Origin: a virus
Taxonomy: Duplodnaviria > Caudoviricetes
Direction: 5' to 3' (one strand)
Virus record (IMG/VR): IMGVR_UViG_3300049170_000080
Location: 888 to 64,887 of that record
Length of the DNA stretch: 64,000 nt
The translations under genes were made by a program, and so were the position numbers. The notes beneath the pieces are model-generated. The model did not search any database and had not been told where the DNA came from. It worked only from the letters and a program-made list of their open reading frames with translations. Each line of letters opens with the position of its first letter. The first letter of the stretch is position 1. This document shows positions 53,685 to 62,566 of this stretch, in pieces.

Positions 53685-53774
53685 TCCAGCTCTTCCCCTC
53701 ACCGGGTCTCTGTCGGGTCGTGGGGGCGCTTGCGTGGAGTCCCACACTCGGGACACAGCGAGCATGACAGCAGA

Positions 53775-54044
53775 TCAGGAACCCGTTCCCTCGCCGCCGT
53801 TGCGACCCTGCCCGGCCCGCTGCACCCACGATGTGATCACGGCGAACGTCGACCAGTCGGCGGTGTCGGCCAGCCACTCGGCGATCCGCTCGTCGTATGC
53901 GCCCAGCTCGACCCCGGCCGTGTTGAACACGTCCCGCAGGATGGAGGCCTTCTCGGCAGCGGTTGGGTAGTGGTCGTTGCTGGGGTAGGTGAGCGGCTCA
54001 CGCTGGATGGGGCCGGTGGGGATGCCGGTGTCGTCCAGGTCCAA
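53775..54044 (-). CDS. Hypothetical protein
   Basis: TTG start after gaggga; AGVELGAYDERI..WLA motif. Confidence 0.55.
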   Translation of the reverse strand: MDLDDTGIPTGPIQREPLTYPSNDHYPTAAEKASILRDVFNTAGVELGAYDERIAEWLADTADWSTFAVITSWVQRAGQGRNGGEGTGS

Positions 54045-54276
54045 AGCGGTCTCCCTCGGAGGGTCGTTGTCGGCGTGGCCGCCAGTCTGCCAGCGCCCGC
54101 CAGTGCCGCGGGCGGGTTCGGCCGGTGTCCCCTTCCGGCCGGGGTGAACATGAACGCAGGGTCCTGGGGCACGGCTGCACGTCTCCCGTTGCACGTCACG
54201 GTCCGGCTACGACGCCTCCAGAGGGATCTCCACGCGGCGCAGAATGCCCCGACGACTCGAACCACCCGGGGGACCC

Positions 54277-54747
54277 ATGCGCCGCACCACCGCCACCGCT
54301 GCCGCCGTACTCACCGTCCTGCTCGCCGCGGGCTGCTCCGACACGGAAGCGGACGGCAAGCCGGCCCCGTCCAAATCCTCGGCGTCGGACGGGGCCGGCA
54401 GGCTGTCGACGACGTGGGGGCCGAAGCTGGCCGCCGTCACCGACGGCAAAGACGCCGTCTGCAACGAGGTCGGCGACCAGGCGTGCGCAGAGCACCTGAC
54501 GGACATCGCCCTCGCCGTCGGCGACCTGGAACGGGACGTCAACGAGGCCGGCGGCAACACCGTCTACCCGCGGACGGTGGCCGAGCTGGAACGGGTAAAC
54601 GACGCGGTCGACGCGTACACCGAGCACGAGTGCCTGGGCGACGAGAACGCGGGCATTGCGGGGTCTCCGTGCCCGGACGACGCGCAGACAATCCTGACCG
54701 GGGGGAAGACACTGCCGCTGGCGTTGCAGGCCGACGAAGGCGCCTGA
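54277..54747 (+). CDS. Lipoprotein
   Basis: Signal peptide with lipobox LAAG-C; two Cys pairs. Confidence 0.8.
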   Translation: MRRTTATAAAVLTVLLAAGCSDTEADGKPAPSKSSASDGAGRLSTTWGPKLAAVTDGKDAVCNEVGDQACAEHLTDIALAVGDLERDVNEAGGNTVYPRTVAELERVNDAVDAYTEHECLGDENAGIAGSPCPDDAQTILTGGKTLPLALQADEGA

Positions 54748-54807
54748 GCGACACCCCGACGAGAACTGAGGTAGCGCCCCCGACTCAAGGCCGAGGGCGC
54801 CGCCCGT

Positions 54808-54981
54808 TCATCGATTCTGCGGGTTGGATCCCCGGATCACGTCAGCCAACTCCAGCAGCGCCATCGCAACTGCGCCTAGCCCCAGCCCGACGACGAGGGC
54901 CAGGTCCTGGTCGTCAGCCTTTCGTCGTGCTGCATCAGCCAGCTCCCATGCCCTACTGCCAGCCGCACCCCAACCCGACAT
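54808..54981 (-). CDS. Small membrane protein
   Basis: LALVVGLGLGAVAMALLEL; downstream of dnaB. Confidence 0.5.
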   Translation of the reverse strand: MSGWGAAGSRAWELADAARRKADDQDLALVVGLGLGAVAMALLELADVIRGSNPQNR

Positions 54982-55063
54982 GCTGCCCCCTTCGGTGGAT
55001 GTCCCCGCAGAGGGCACGGTCCCGCAAACCTCGCAGACCGGGCAACGGTGTCGAACCGGCCAA

Positions 55064-56455
55064 TCAGGTGTGCGCCATGTCCACGAAGCGCGAATAGTGG
55101 AGCTGCGCGGCAACGGTCACGCAGGCCGTCGGCCCGAACCTGTTCTTCTCAATGACGAGGTCAACCTCGCCGGCCCGGGCGGATTCCTTGTCGTCCGCGT
55201 CCGGCCGCTCGACCTTGATGACAACGGATGCGTCGTTCTTGATTGCTCTCGACTCGCGCATGAGGCCGTCGTCGTTGAGCTGCGACAGGGCGATTACGTG
55301 GCAGCCGAGTTGCACGGACAAGTTCTTCAATCCGCGGGACACGCCCGCTACGGCTTGCTCCCGCGTAATGCTGCGCGACTGTTCGACCTCTACAAGCTGG
55401 AGATAGTCGACGACCAGCAGGTCCAGGCCATCGGCGCGCGCGCAGGCCCGTGCTGCTGAGGCGATGTCACCGAGCGATGCACCGTCGGGGCGGTAGACCC
55501 GCAACGGGAGTGTCTGGAACAGCTCCGGACCCAGACGTCTGACGGTCTCCCAACCCTCCACGGTGAGGCCGCCCTGGTGGGTCAGGTGATGCAAGGCGAT
55601 CTTCCCCTCGGCGGCGGCGATCTTCTGCATCAGCTCGGTGCTGCTCATCTCCAATGAGGAGAACATCGCCTTGGCGCCCGTCTTCGCGGCGGACACGGCC
55701 GCGTTCAGCGCGAACGTCGACTTGCCCACGCCGGACTGCGCGGCCACAACCGTCACGTTGCCCGGCTGCATCCCCGACGTGATGGTGTCGAGGTCTTCGA
55801 ATCCGTACGTCAGGCCGGTTTTCCTGCCGTCCTGGATGTCCTCTAGGTCCGCAACGAAGTCCAGGTACAGGTCGCCGACTGCGGGGGGCGCTTCGTGTAG
55901 GCCCGGGATGCCGGCGATGATCTCGGTGAGCTGCTGCTCGACCAGGTCCCGGATCTCGTCCTCGTCCCCCCGCTCGCTGTACGCGTAGTCCAGGATGCGC
56001 TGAGCCGACTCGATGACCGCCCGTCGGTAGGCCTTGGCGCGCACGATCTCGGCGTACTGCGGGCCGTTGGCGGCGGTGGACACAGCCTGTACGCAGGTGT
56101 GCAGATACGAGGTTCCGCCCACGCGGGCAAGTTCCCCGCGCTCGGTCAGCTTCGCGGCGACCGTGACCGGGTCCACGGGCTCACCGGCCGCGTGCAGTTC
56201 ACGGATCGCGCGGTGAATCGTTCCGTGCGCGGGCTGGTAGTACTCCTCGGCGCGGATGCCCGTGTCGAGGATCTCGGCGAAGTACCGGTACGTCGTACTC
56301 GTCGGGCTGCCGGCGAGAAGCAGCGATCCAAGGACCGACTGCTCGGCGGCCCTGTCCTGCGGCGGAAGGCGGGCGAAGGTGACGGCCTCGTTGTCCCACT
56401 GCTCGGCGTCGCCGCCGGGGGTGCCGTGGTGCTGCGCGGGAATGCTGGTGGACAC
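55064..56455 (-). CDS. dnaB: Replicative DNA helicase
   Basis: AEQSVLGSLL N-domain; Walker A AAQSGVGKST; FSSLEMS; VVDYLQL; ALSQLN; IEKNRFGPT. Confidence 0.95.
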   Translation of the reverse strand: MSTSIPAQHHGTPGGDAEQWDNEAVTFARLPPQDRAAEQSVLGSLLLAGSPTSTTYRYFAEILDTGIRAEEYYQPAHGTIHRAIRELHAAGEPVDPVTVAAKLTERGELARVGGTSYLHTCVQAVSTAANGPQYAEIVRAKAYRRAVIESAQRILDYAYSERGDEDEIRDLVEQQLTEIIAGIPGLHEAPPAVGDLYLDFVADLEDIQDGRKTGLTYGFEDLDTITSGMQPGNVTVVAAQSGVGKSTFALNAAVSAAKTGAKAMFSSLEMSSTELMQKIAAAEGKIALHHLTHQGGLTVEGWETVRRLGPELFQTLPLRVYRPDGASLGDIASAARACARADGLDLLVVDYLQLVEVEQSRSITREQAVAGVSRGLKNLSVQLGCHVIALSQLNDDGLMRESRAIKNDASVVIKVERPDADDKESARAGEVDLVIEKNRFGPTACVTVAAQLHYSRFVDMAHT

Positions 56456-56533
56456 TGGAGGTCTCCTGCTCGGTCAAGCGTTCAGGGGATGCGCGGGCCG
56501 CTCCCATGCCGGGGAGCGGCCCGCGGTACTTCG

Positions 56534-57568
56534 TCAGGGCGCTGGCACGGCCAGGGCGCACTCAAGGCAGCCACGCCGGTAGCGGGCCGGGTGATCCGGG
56601 CACAGCTCCCGGCCATCCGCGCCCTGTGTCGAGCCTGCACGGGACCGCACCCGGTCATACAGCCGCAGGTCCTCGATCCATCCAGGAAGGCACTTCACCC
56701 AGGACTTCGCACCACCGGTGTTGCGGAAAATCTCCGCCTCCAACAGCAGCCGCTGGTCGTCGTCCAAATCCTCGACGGCCGGCCACCCCTGCTTACGCAT
56801 CACCCGCAACAGGCGGGGGGCCTGCTTACGGGCCGTCGCCCCGCCCGCCTGCCACCGCTGCATCTGCTGCAAGAAGTCCTCAGCCCGCCGGATCTCCTCT
56901 GGGGAGAACTCCGCCCCCTCCTCCCTCGGTGACGGAACCCCGCTCGAGGTGTGCGTGAGGGGGGAGGGGGAGGAGGTATCCACCTCCTCCGGGGGGTGTG
57001 GGGGGTGGCCGACGGAATCGGGGATATCCCTGTTCCGGCCCTGACCTGCGGCAACGGCCGAATCTGGCGTCCGGTTTTCCCCGACTTCGGGGAAAACCCG
57101 ATCTCGCCTCTGGCCTGCCGAAACAGGGGATTCCCCGACTTCGGTGCAGGCTGGCGAGCCCGGAATCGGGTTTTCCCCGATTCCGCCTGCAGCCTGCGAC
57201 AACGCGCCGGTGCCCGAGCGGACGTACTCCGGATTGTTGGCCGGGTTACGGTACGCCCAGTAGCGCCACTGTGGGCGTTTCGTCTTCGGGTCGTACACCG
57301 ACTGGCGATGCAGGTGGCCGACCGCCATCAGGCGTTTGGAGATGACTTCGAACCGGTCGACGCTCATCTTCCAACCCTGGCTCCTCATCCCCGCCGCCAA
57401 GTCCTTGGCCGAGGACAGGTCCCCGGCCGGCAGCAGGAGAAGGTAGATCAGGACGCCTAGGTCTTCGGGCTGGAGGCCGTTCGTCTTTGCGACGGCTCGC
57501 CCGACGATCACTTCTTCAGGCGCCTCGGAGCCGCGGCCGAAGGTGGCTCCTTCGAAGACCCCGCTCAC
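56534..57568 (-). CDS. Phage replication initiator-like HTH protein
   Basis: N-terminal wHTH-like domain, low-complexity linker carrying DNA repeats, C-terminal CPDH..CLEC; directly upstream of dnaB. Confidence 0.7.
   Translation of the reverse strand: MSGVFEGATFGRGSEAPEEVIVGRAVAKTNGLQPEDLGVLIYLLLLPAGDLSSAKDLAAGMRSQGWKMSVDRFEVISKRLMAVGHLHRQSVYDPKTKRPQWRYWAYRNPANNPEYVRSGTGALSQAAGGIGENPIPGSPACTEVGESPVSAGQRRDRVFPEVGENRTPDSAVAAGQGRNRDIPDSVGHPPHPPEEVDTSSPSPLTHTSSGVPSPREEGAEFSPEEIRRAEDFLQQMQRWQAGGATARKQAPRLLRVMRKQGWPAVEDLDDDQRLLLEAEIFRNTGGAKSWVKCLPGWIEDLRLYDRVRSRAGSTQGADGRELCPDHPARYRRGCLECALAVPAP
57013..57185. repeat. Iteron-like repeats inside initiator gene (putative ori)
   Basis: TTCCCCGA(C/T)T(T/C)CG in both orientations at about 57013, 57077, 57085, 57131, 57161, 57173; perfect GGTTTTCCCCGA-ct-TCGGGGAAAACC at 57073-57098. 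Confidence 0.7.
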
Positions 57569-57613
57569 CGAGCACAGCTCCGCGTGGGAGTGATCGCATA
57601 GGGGGACCTACTT

Positions 57614-57786
57614 GGCAGCTTGCGAACTGCCGCTACGCTTGGCATGAAGCCTCCGCTCTTACCGGGGTGGAACTTGCAAGGCCCAGCGGGCTGCGATCCG
57701 CTGGCACTGCCCGAACGGCTGGCCGGAAGTTGCTGCGACTTCCTGCTGGCCGTTCTGCGTTTCCGGGGCTGAGGCTGCGATCTCAG
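57614..57786 (-). ncRNA. Leader with four hairpins sharing a (G/C)(C/T)TGCGA loop core
   Basis: Stems at 57614, 57683, 57725, 57769 with + strand loops cttgcgaa, gctgcgat, tgctgcg, gctgcgat. Confidence 0.45.
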
Positions 57787-57801
57787 ACGCCGGTAACGCG
57801 G

Positions 57802-58086
57802 TCATTCTTCCGTTTTCCTGCGAGCCCGTTGCCCCTCGTTGGGTCCTCGCCCCCCGCGCGTCGGACCGTTCTTGAAGTACGTCAGAAAGGCACCCGTCTC
57901 CATGGTTCGGGCGTTTCCGACCATGACGTAGGGGTGCCTGTCGGGCTGATCGCCGAATGGCCAGTCCTTGGCGGTGCGGGCGATGTACCTGAGCCCGTCA
58001 GGAGTGATGCTCTCGACCAGGCCCTCGTTGATGAGGAGCTGGGCGCCCGTTGTGAACGTGACGAACGGGGGCGTGCTGGGCATCAC
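57802..58086 (-). CDS. Small DNA-binding protein (AlpA/excisionase-like), paralog of 59678..59965
   Basis: VTFT..ITPDGLRYIART..WP..MVGNA.TM..YF..GRGP. Confidence 0.65.
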   Translation of the reverse strand: MMPSTPPFVTFTTGAQLLINEGLVESITPDGLRYIARTAKDWPFGDQPDRHPYVMVGNARTMETGAFLTYFKNGPTRGGRGPNEGQRARRKTEE

Positions 58087-58288
58087 CGGGTATTCCCGGC
58101 ACGGCTGAACTTCGGAGTTCTCGGAGTTGTCGCTAGGGTGGGCAACGTACGGATCCTTCCTTCACGGGTGGCATCTGTGCAGCCGGGGCGTATTCGCAGT
58201 ACGCCGGCGTGGAAACGGTCGGCCGGGGAAACCCAGCTCGGCCGTTTCTGCTGTTCAGGGCGGGCTACGCACCCACACGCTCCTTTCC

Positions 58289-59494
58289 TTATGCCGCCAA
58301 GGCGGTGATCGCCTCGACAGTCTCCTCAGCTGTGCGGTTCCCGGCATAGCGGGGCGCCGCGAGCATTCCCGCAAGCCGCTCGGCCCGCTTCACGATCCAC
58401 GAAATCTGCTCTTCCAAGGGCAACGACAGCACCGGCTGGATGGCTTCAGCTGCCCCTTCCACGTCGTCGAGCTGGACCCGCGCCGTGGCCAGGTAGATGT
58501 ACGCCAGCCGCTCATCGTCCAGCGACCGCTCCTCCTCCGGCCCGGCCTGCCACAACTCGATCGCCGTGACCGCCTCCCGCGCTGCGCGCTCCGCGTCGTG
58601 CCCGCCCTCGAGCCAGATCAGCGAGGATCCGGCGTAGTAGGACTGCTTCGCCCTCGAGAACCCGAACAGCCCGCCAAGCGAGTCCGGGCGCCGGATCCGC
58701 TCCCGCGCCTGCTCGGCACCATCCAAAGCGGCATTCGCCGCCCTCGAATCGCCCAGGTTCGCCAGGCACTGGGCCTCACCGCACCGCAGCCGGGCCTCCC
58801 CGGTACCGTGCCCGTGGCCCACCCACTGATAGCCGTCCCGCACGTACTCCAGCGCACGCCCGTAGTCACCCTGGAACCTGGCGATCAGCGACTTCGTGCC
58901 AGCCACCCACGCGGCCAACTCGGCATCCCCCGCAAACTCCGCGCACCGTCCCGCCGCCGTAGCGTGCTCCAGCGCCTCGTCCGAGTCGCCCATGTCGAGC
59001 AGCGCGTACGACAACACCCCGGACAACCGCCCGGCAGCGACGTACAGATCGGAACGGTCCTGCGGCCGGTGATGCCCCGAACGCAGCCGCTCGAACGCCT
59101 CCCCGCGCAGCAGGTGCGCGCGGTCCATCATCGGCGCCGGGGGAGAGGCCAGATAGTCCACCGCGGTAGCCGACACGCCCTCCTGGAGCTCGGAGATGTC
59201 CAGGTCCGCAAGCGCTGTCAGATCCCGGGACATCGCGAGCGCCGCAGCACGCGTACGGTGCGCGGCCGCAGCCTCCCGGCGGGCCGCATCCTCCCGGTGC
59301 CACTGCTCCACCAGCGCACCGTTCGCGCCGGTCGCCTCGTCCGCCGCCTCCGCCACGCACAGCGGCGTCGGCCGTCTGCCCGACTCGAAGTTGTGCAGCG
59401 ACGTGCGGTCGTAGCGGACACGCTGCGCCAAGTCCGCAAGGGACATGTGGGCAGCCATCCGCCATTCACGGAGCAGTTCCGGGAAGGTCGTCAT
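58289..59494 (-). CDS. XRE-family HTH regulator with C-terminal TPR-like helical domain
   Basis: FPELLREWR..MSLADLAQRVRYDRTSLHNFESGRR; long Ala/Leu-rich helical repeats. Confidence 0.85.
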   Translation of the reverse strand: MTTFPELLREWRMAAHMSLADLAQRVRYDRTSLHNFESGRRPTPLCVAEAADEATGANGALVEQWHREDAARREAAAAHRTRAAALAMSRDLTALADLDISELQEGVSATAVDYLASPPAPMMDRAHLLRGEAFERLRSGHHRPQDRSDLYVAAGRLSGVLSYALLDMGDSDEALEHATAAGRCAEFAGDAELAAWVAGTKSLIARFQGDYGRALEYVRDGYQWVGHGHGTGEARLRCGEAQCLANLGDSRAANAALDGAEQARERIRRPDSLGGLFGFSRAKQSYYAGSSLIWLEGGHDAERAAREAVTAIELWQAGPEEERSLDDERLAYIYLATARVQLDDVEGAAEAIQPVLSLPLEEQISWIVKRAERLAGMLAAPRYAGNRTAEETVEAITALAA

Positions 59495-59677
59495 GCCGCG
59501 AGTCTTCCTCCTCTCAAGCCATGTCGGCAGTGCTCGCCGCCCTGTTCGCGGGCTTTGTCTGTTGGCAAATCACGGTCGGATCGATTGCCAACAGCAGCGT
59601 CAATCCCGTGGGCGTGCACTGGTGCTGGCATGGAGTCAGCACTGATCGACATCTCATGGAGCAGCCGTGACGCAGCA

Positions 59678-59965
59678 TCAGTCATCCGAGGTGGTGGAGT
59701 CCTTGCTGCCCTTGGCCGGGCCGCGCCCTCGAACGGTTCGGTGCTCGAAGAACTTTTCGATGGGATCCCAGGGCATCGCCCACGCGTTGCCGACCTTCAT
59801 CCACTTCTCGGGGGGGACCGGCCAGGCTGGGTCTGTCTCCGCGATGTGCCGGACTCCTTGCCGCGTGATCGGTCTTGAGACCAGCTTCCGCTCAGTCACG
59901 CGCTTGGCGATCTCCGTGAACGTCACCATCTCGGGGATTTCCCTCCTCTCTTCTCCAGACCCCAT
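59678..59965 (-). CDS. Small DNA-binding protein (AlpA/excisionase-like)
   Basis: VTFT..ITRQGVRHIAET..WP..MKVGNAWAM..FF..GRGP. Confidence 0.65.
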   Translation of the reverse strand: MGSGEERREIPEMVTFTEIAKRVTERKLVSRPITRQGVRHIAETDPAWPVPPEKWMKVGNAWAMPWDPIEKFFEHRTVRGRGPAKGSKDSTTSDD

Positions 59966-59981
59966 GAACTCACCTCTCCCT

Positions 59982-60015
59982 AGTACTTGTCAATGCGCAA
60001 GTACTGTCGTAGTGT
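59982..60015. promoter_or_regulatory. Divergent early promoter with operator
   Basis: AGTACTTG-N8-CAAGTACT (59982-60005) overlapping TTGTCA-N17-TAGTGT. Confidence 0.7.
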
Positions 60016-60028
60016 CGGTACAGCAAGA

Positions 60029-60059
60029 AGCCCCGGTCGGGTTGTGGCCGACCGGGGCT
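60029..60059 (+). terminator. Leader hairpin (attenuator/terminator candidate)
   Basis: AGCCCCGGTCGG-gttgtgg-CCGACCGGGGCT just after the promoter. Confidence 0.55.
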
Positions 60060-60128
60060 CCCGGTCCCAATCGGTGCTCCAACACCGAAACGGACAGCCG
60101 AACCCCTGCTTCACCAGGAGGTCGACCT

Positions 60129-60335
60129 ATGCGTGATGTTACTTGCGCATCGACAAGCCGAACAGCCTCACCCTCCGCCAACGCCTCGCGCGTCCTCGGC
60201 TCATTCCCCGCCTCGCACCCCCGCGGTAGCTGGCCGGCCGACGAGTTCGCGGCCGCGCGCCGCGCCGAAGGCCTCAACGTCGCCGTCGTCATGGACCTCG
60301 CCACCGACAACTTCCTCGTGAAGGCGGTGGCGTGA
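60129..60335 (+). CDS. Small hypothetical protein
   Basis: aggagg RBS; WPADEFAAARRAEG..VVMDL..D.FLV. Confidence 0.65.
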   Translation: MRDVTCASTSRTASPSANASRVLGSFPASHPRGSWPADEFAAARRAEGLNVAVVMDLATDNFLVKAVA

Positions 60336-60661
60336 TGGCCGACTTCGAGAACGAGCAGCAGCCCACTCCGCAGGACCTCGCCGCGCTGGAGCTCTACCAC
60401 CAGCTCTGCAACCTCAGCCCCGACGACGGCGACCGCGTCCTGATGGTCACCCTGCGGATGCCGAACGGCCGATACATCGGCGACGTCTGGCTCTCCCAGC
60501 AGGACGTGGAAACCGCCGTGGACAAGCTGATCGCGGTCAACATTGAGCGCGCCGACATCGAGGCGGGCCTGGCCCCGGCAGCCCCGCTGCCCGAGGTCGA
60601 CCCGGACGAGGTCGCCGCGATGATCGCATCCCTTCAGGACCTGGCGGACGGCGATCTGTGA
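60335..60661 (+). CDS. Acidic hypothetical protein
   Basis: TGATG coupling. Confidence 0.65.
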   Translation: MADFENEQQPTPQDLAALELYHQLCNLSPDDGDRVLMVTLRMPNGRYIGDVWLSQQDVETAVDKLIAVNIERADIEAGLAPAAPLPEVDPDEVAAMIASLQDLADGDL

Positions 60662-61050
60662 TGGACCTCCACACCGCCGCCAACGGCGTGCCCCCGCTGG
60701 ACGGCACCGAACTCGGTGACCTCCTGGACGACCTGGCCGGAGTCCACGCCGGAATCGACCTGATCCGCGACGGACTGCGCCTGATCGCCCTCGAACGGCA
60801 CACCCCCGACTGCACCCAGACCCTCACGGTCACCCTGGCCGGCTCCCCGGACGGCACCGACGTCCTCACCGCGATCGGCCTGGCCGTCGCCCGCCTCACC
60901 GCCCCCGACACCAACCCGTGCCTGCGCACCCTGCCCTTCGACCAGCAGAAAGACACCCAGCGCCACGGCGAGCAACTCGTGTACCAGCTCGCCGACCCCG
61001 ACCTCCACCAGCACGCATCCAACGCATCCGGCGCCATCCACACCGACTGA
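60661..61050 (+). CDS. Hypothetical protein
   Basis: TGATG coupling; 3' end duplicated at 61427-61475. Confidence 0.65.
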   Translation: MDLHTAANGVPPLDGTELGDLLDDLAGVHAGIDLIRDGLRLIALERHTPDCTQTLTVTLAGSPDGTDVLTAIGLAVARLTAPDTNPCLRTLPFDQQKDTQRHGEQLVYQLADPDLHQHASNASGAIHTD

Positions 61051-61060
61051 AGGACAACCC

Positions 61061-61378
61061 ATGGCCCTCCCCGCATGGCTGCCCAGCCAGCAAGCCGCTC
61101 GTGCCGCCAACGTCCTCGCCGCCGCCGCCGACCAGTTCAACCTGTGCCGGACCATCGCCGCGACCCTCCACGCCCAGGGCCGCGAACACCACAACGACCC
61201 CACGTGGCAGGCCGCGGCCGCCGAGAGTTCCCGCCTCAACAACCGGGCGGAGTCTGTGGGATTCGACGAGCATGCCGTCGCCGCCGAAGCCGACCGCCGC
61301 CGGTCCGCCCCCACCCCCGCCCCGGCCCGTGAGAAGACCTCCCGCGTCCGCATCAACCTCGGCGGACGGAAGAAGTAG
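61061..61378 (+). CDS. Hypothetical protein
   Basis: aagga RBS. Confidence 0.6.
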   Translation: MALPAWLPSQQAARAANVLAAAADQFNLCRTIAATLHAQGREHHNDPTWQAAAAESSRLNNRAESVGFDEHAVAAEADRRRSAPTPAPAREKTSRVRINLGGRKK

Positions 61379-61389
61379 CCACCCCACCG

Positions 61390-61425
61390 GGGCCCGGCAC
61401 CGCAGCCGACACGGACCGGGCCCCC
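61390..61425 (+). repeat. Intergenic hairpin module, copy 1 (copy 2 at 61745..61781)
   Basis: GGGCCCGGCA(C/T)CGCAGCCGACACGG(A/G)CCGGGCCCC. Confidence 0.85.
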
Positions 61426-61487
61426 ACCTGCACCAGCACGTCAGCAACGCGTCCGGCGCCATCCACACCGACTAGGAGACCAACTCG

Positions 61488-61733
61488 ATGACCACGAACC
61501 TGACCGAGACGACCCCGGCCACCAGCCACCCGGCCCCGATCAAGCACCACTGGATCATCACCGTCCAGACCGACGATGGCCGCCAGGCCACCCGCGACGG
61601 ACGCATCGACGTCGTCCCCGGCGTCCACACCCACGAATCGTCCTTCCAGGCCGTCCGCAAGCTCGTGGAGGACTGGCTGGGCACCGACGAGATCACCGTC
61701 GTGTTCTTCTCCCTCGTCCCGAATCAGCTCTGA
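61488..61733 (+). CDS. Hypothetical protein
   Basis: aggag RBS; HWIITVQT..VVFFSL.PN. Confidence 0.65.
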   Translation: MTTNLTETTPATSHPAPIKHHWIITVQTDDGRQATRDGRIDVVPGVHTHESSFQAVRKLVEDWLGTDEITVVFFSLVPNQL

Positions 61734-61807
61734 CTCACCCCTGAGGGCCCGGCATCGCAGCCGACACGGGCCGGGCCCCACCCCCTCACCCCGAAAGGAA
61801 CCCCATC

Positions 61808-61939
61808 GTGCCGACCCTGATCACCTCCTTATGGCGACACCTCTGCCGCAACTCCGGCCAGTGCTCCATCTGCCAGGGCTGGTTCCCCGACTGGAACGGC
61901 GGTGTCTGCGCCGCCTGCATCGCCACCGGCCGCACCTGA
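61808..61939 (+). CDS. Small zinc-finger peptide
   Basis: aaagga RBS; CSICQGW..VCAAC; not in supplied ORF track (43 aa). Confidence 0.55.
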   Translation: MPTLITSLWRHLCRNSGQCSICQGWFPDWNGGVCAACIATGRT

Positions 61940-62056
61940 CCCCCGCACCCCACCTCTGGCCCTCCCGAAGGCCGTACGCCGAAATCCCCCACGGCGTACG
62001 ACCCTCAGCAAGGCCAGCACCCCGCGCCCCGACCTCTCACCACAGGAAGGACCATC

Positions 62057-62365
62057 GTGAACAAGGCCACCCTCACCGAGGCCGGCATCCTCACCGTGTC
62101 GGCCGCCATCGCCGCCAGCCTCGGCGTCCAGCTCGCCGACCACAGCGTCAGCATCGCGGCCATCACCGCCACCGTCGTCTTCACCCTGACCACCGGCATG
62201 TACTTCGCCTTCCAGGTCGGCCAAGGCCTGCGCACCAGCTACTTCGCCTGCCCGGCCAAGGGCTGCACCGCCTCCATCCGCGCCCGCGGCACCGACCCGA
62301 AGGAACTCGCCCGCCTCCAGGCCCTGGCCACCGACCACACCAAGCACCCGGCCAGCACCCGATGA
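62057..62365 (+). CDS. Two-TM protein with C-terminal zinc-binding motif
   Basis: Two hydrophobic segments; CPAKGC..H..H. Confidence 0.65.
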   Translation: MNKATLTEAGILTVSAAIAASLGVQLADHSVSIAAITATVVFTLTTGMYFAFQVGQGLRTSYFACPAKGCTASIRARGTDPKELARLQALATDHTKHPASTR

Positions 62366-62544
62366 CCGGCCCCGAGTTCGCCGCCGCCCACGGCAACGAC
62401 GCCAGCACATGGAGCCCCGCGGACATCGAATGCGAGATGAACCTCGCGGAGATGGACCGCCTCCCCGCCCTCCGCTTCCTCGCCGCCCGCCGCGCCACCA
62501 CCCCGACCGCCACCAGCCCGGCCGACCTCACCCCCGCCGCCTGA
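62362..62544 (+). CDS. Small hypothetical protein
   Basis: ATGA overlap; AHG.D.STWS. Confidence 0.5.
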   Translation: MTGPEFAAAHGNDASTWSPADIECEMNLAEMDRLPALRFLAARRATTPTATSPADLTPAA

Positions 62545-62566
62545 CCACCCGAGAGGAATCACGCCC

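Noticed and set aside
59491-59685. Small ORF upstream of XRE-TPR as a cognate signalling peptide
   Set aside because: No signal peptide, no clear RBS, no repeated motif; may be untranslated leader
58127-59878. 583-aa plus-strand ORF
   Set aside because: Antisense to the XRE-TPR regulator; no independent signal
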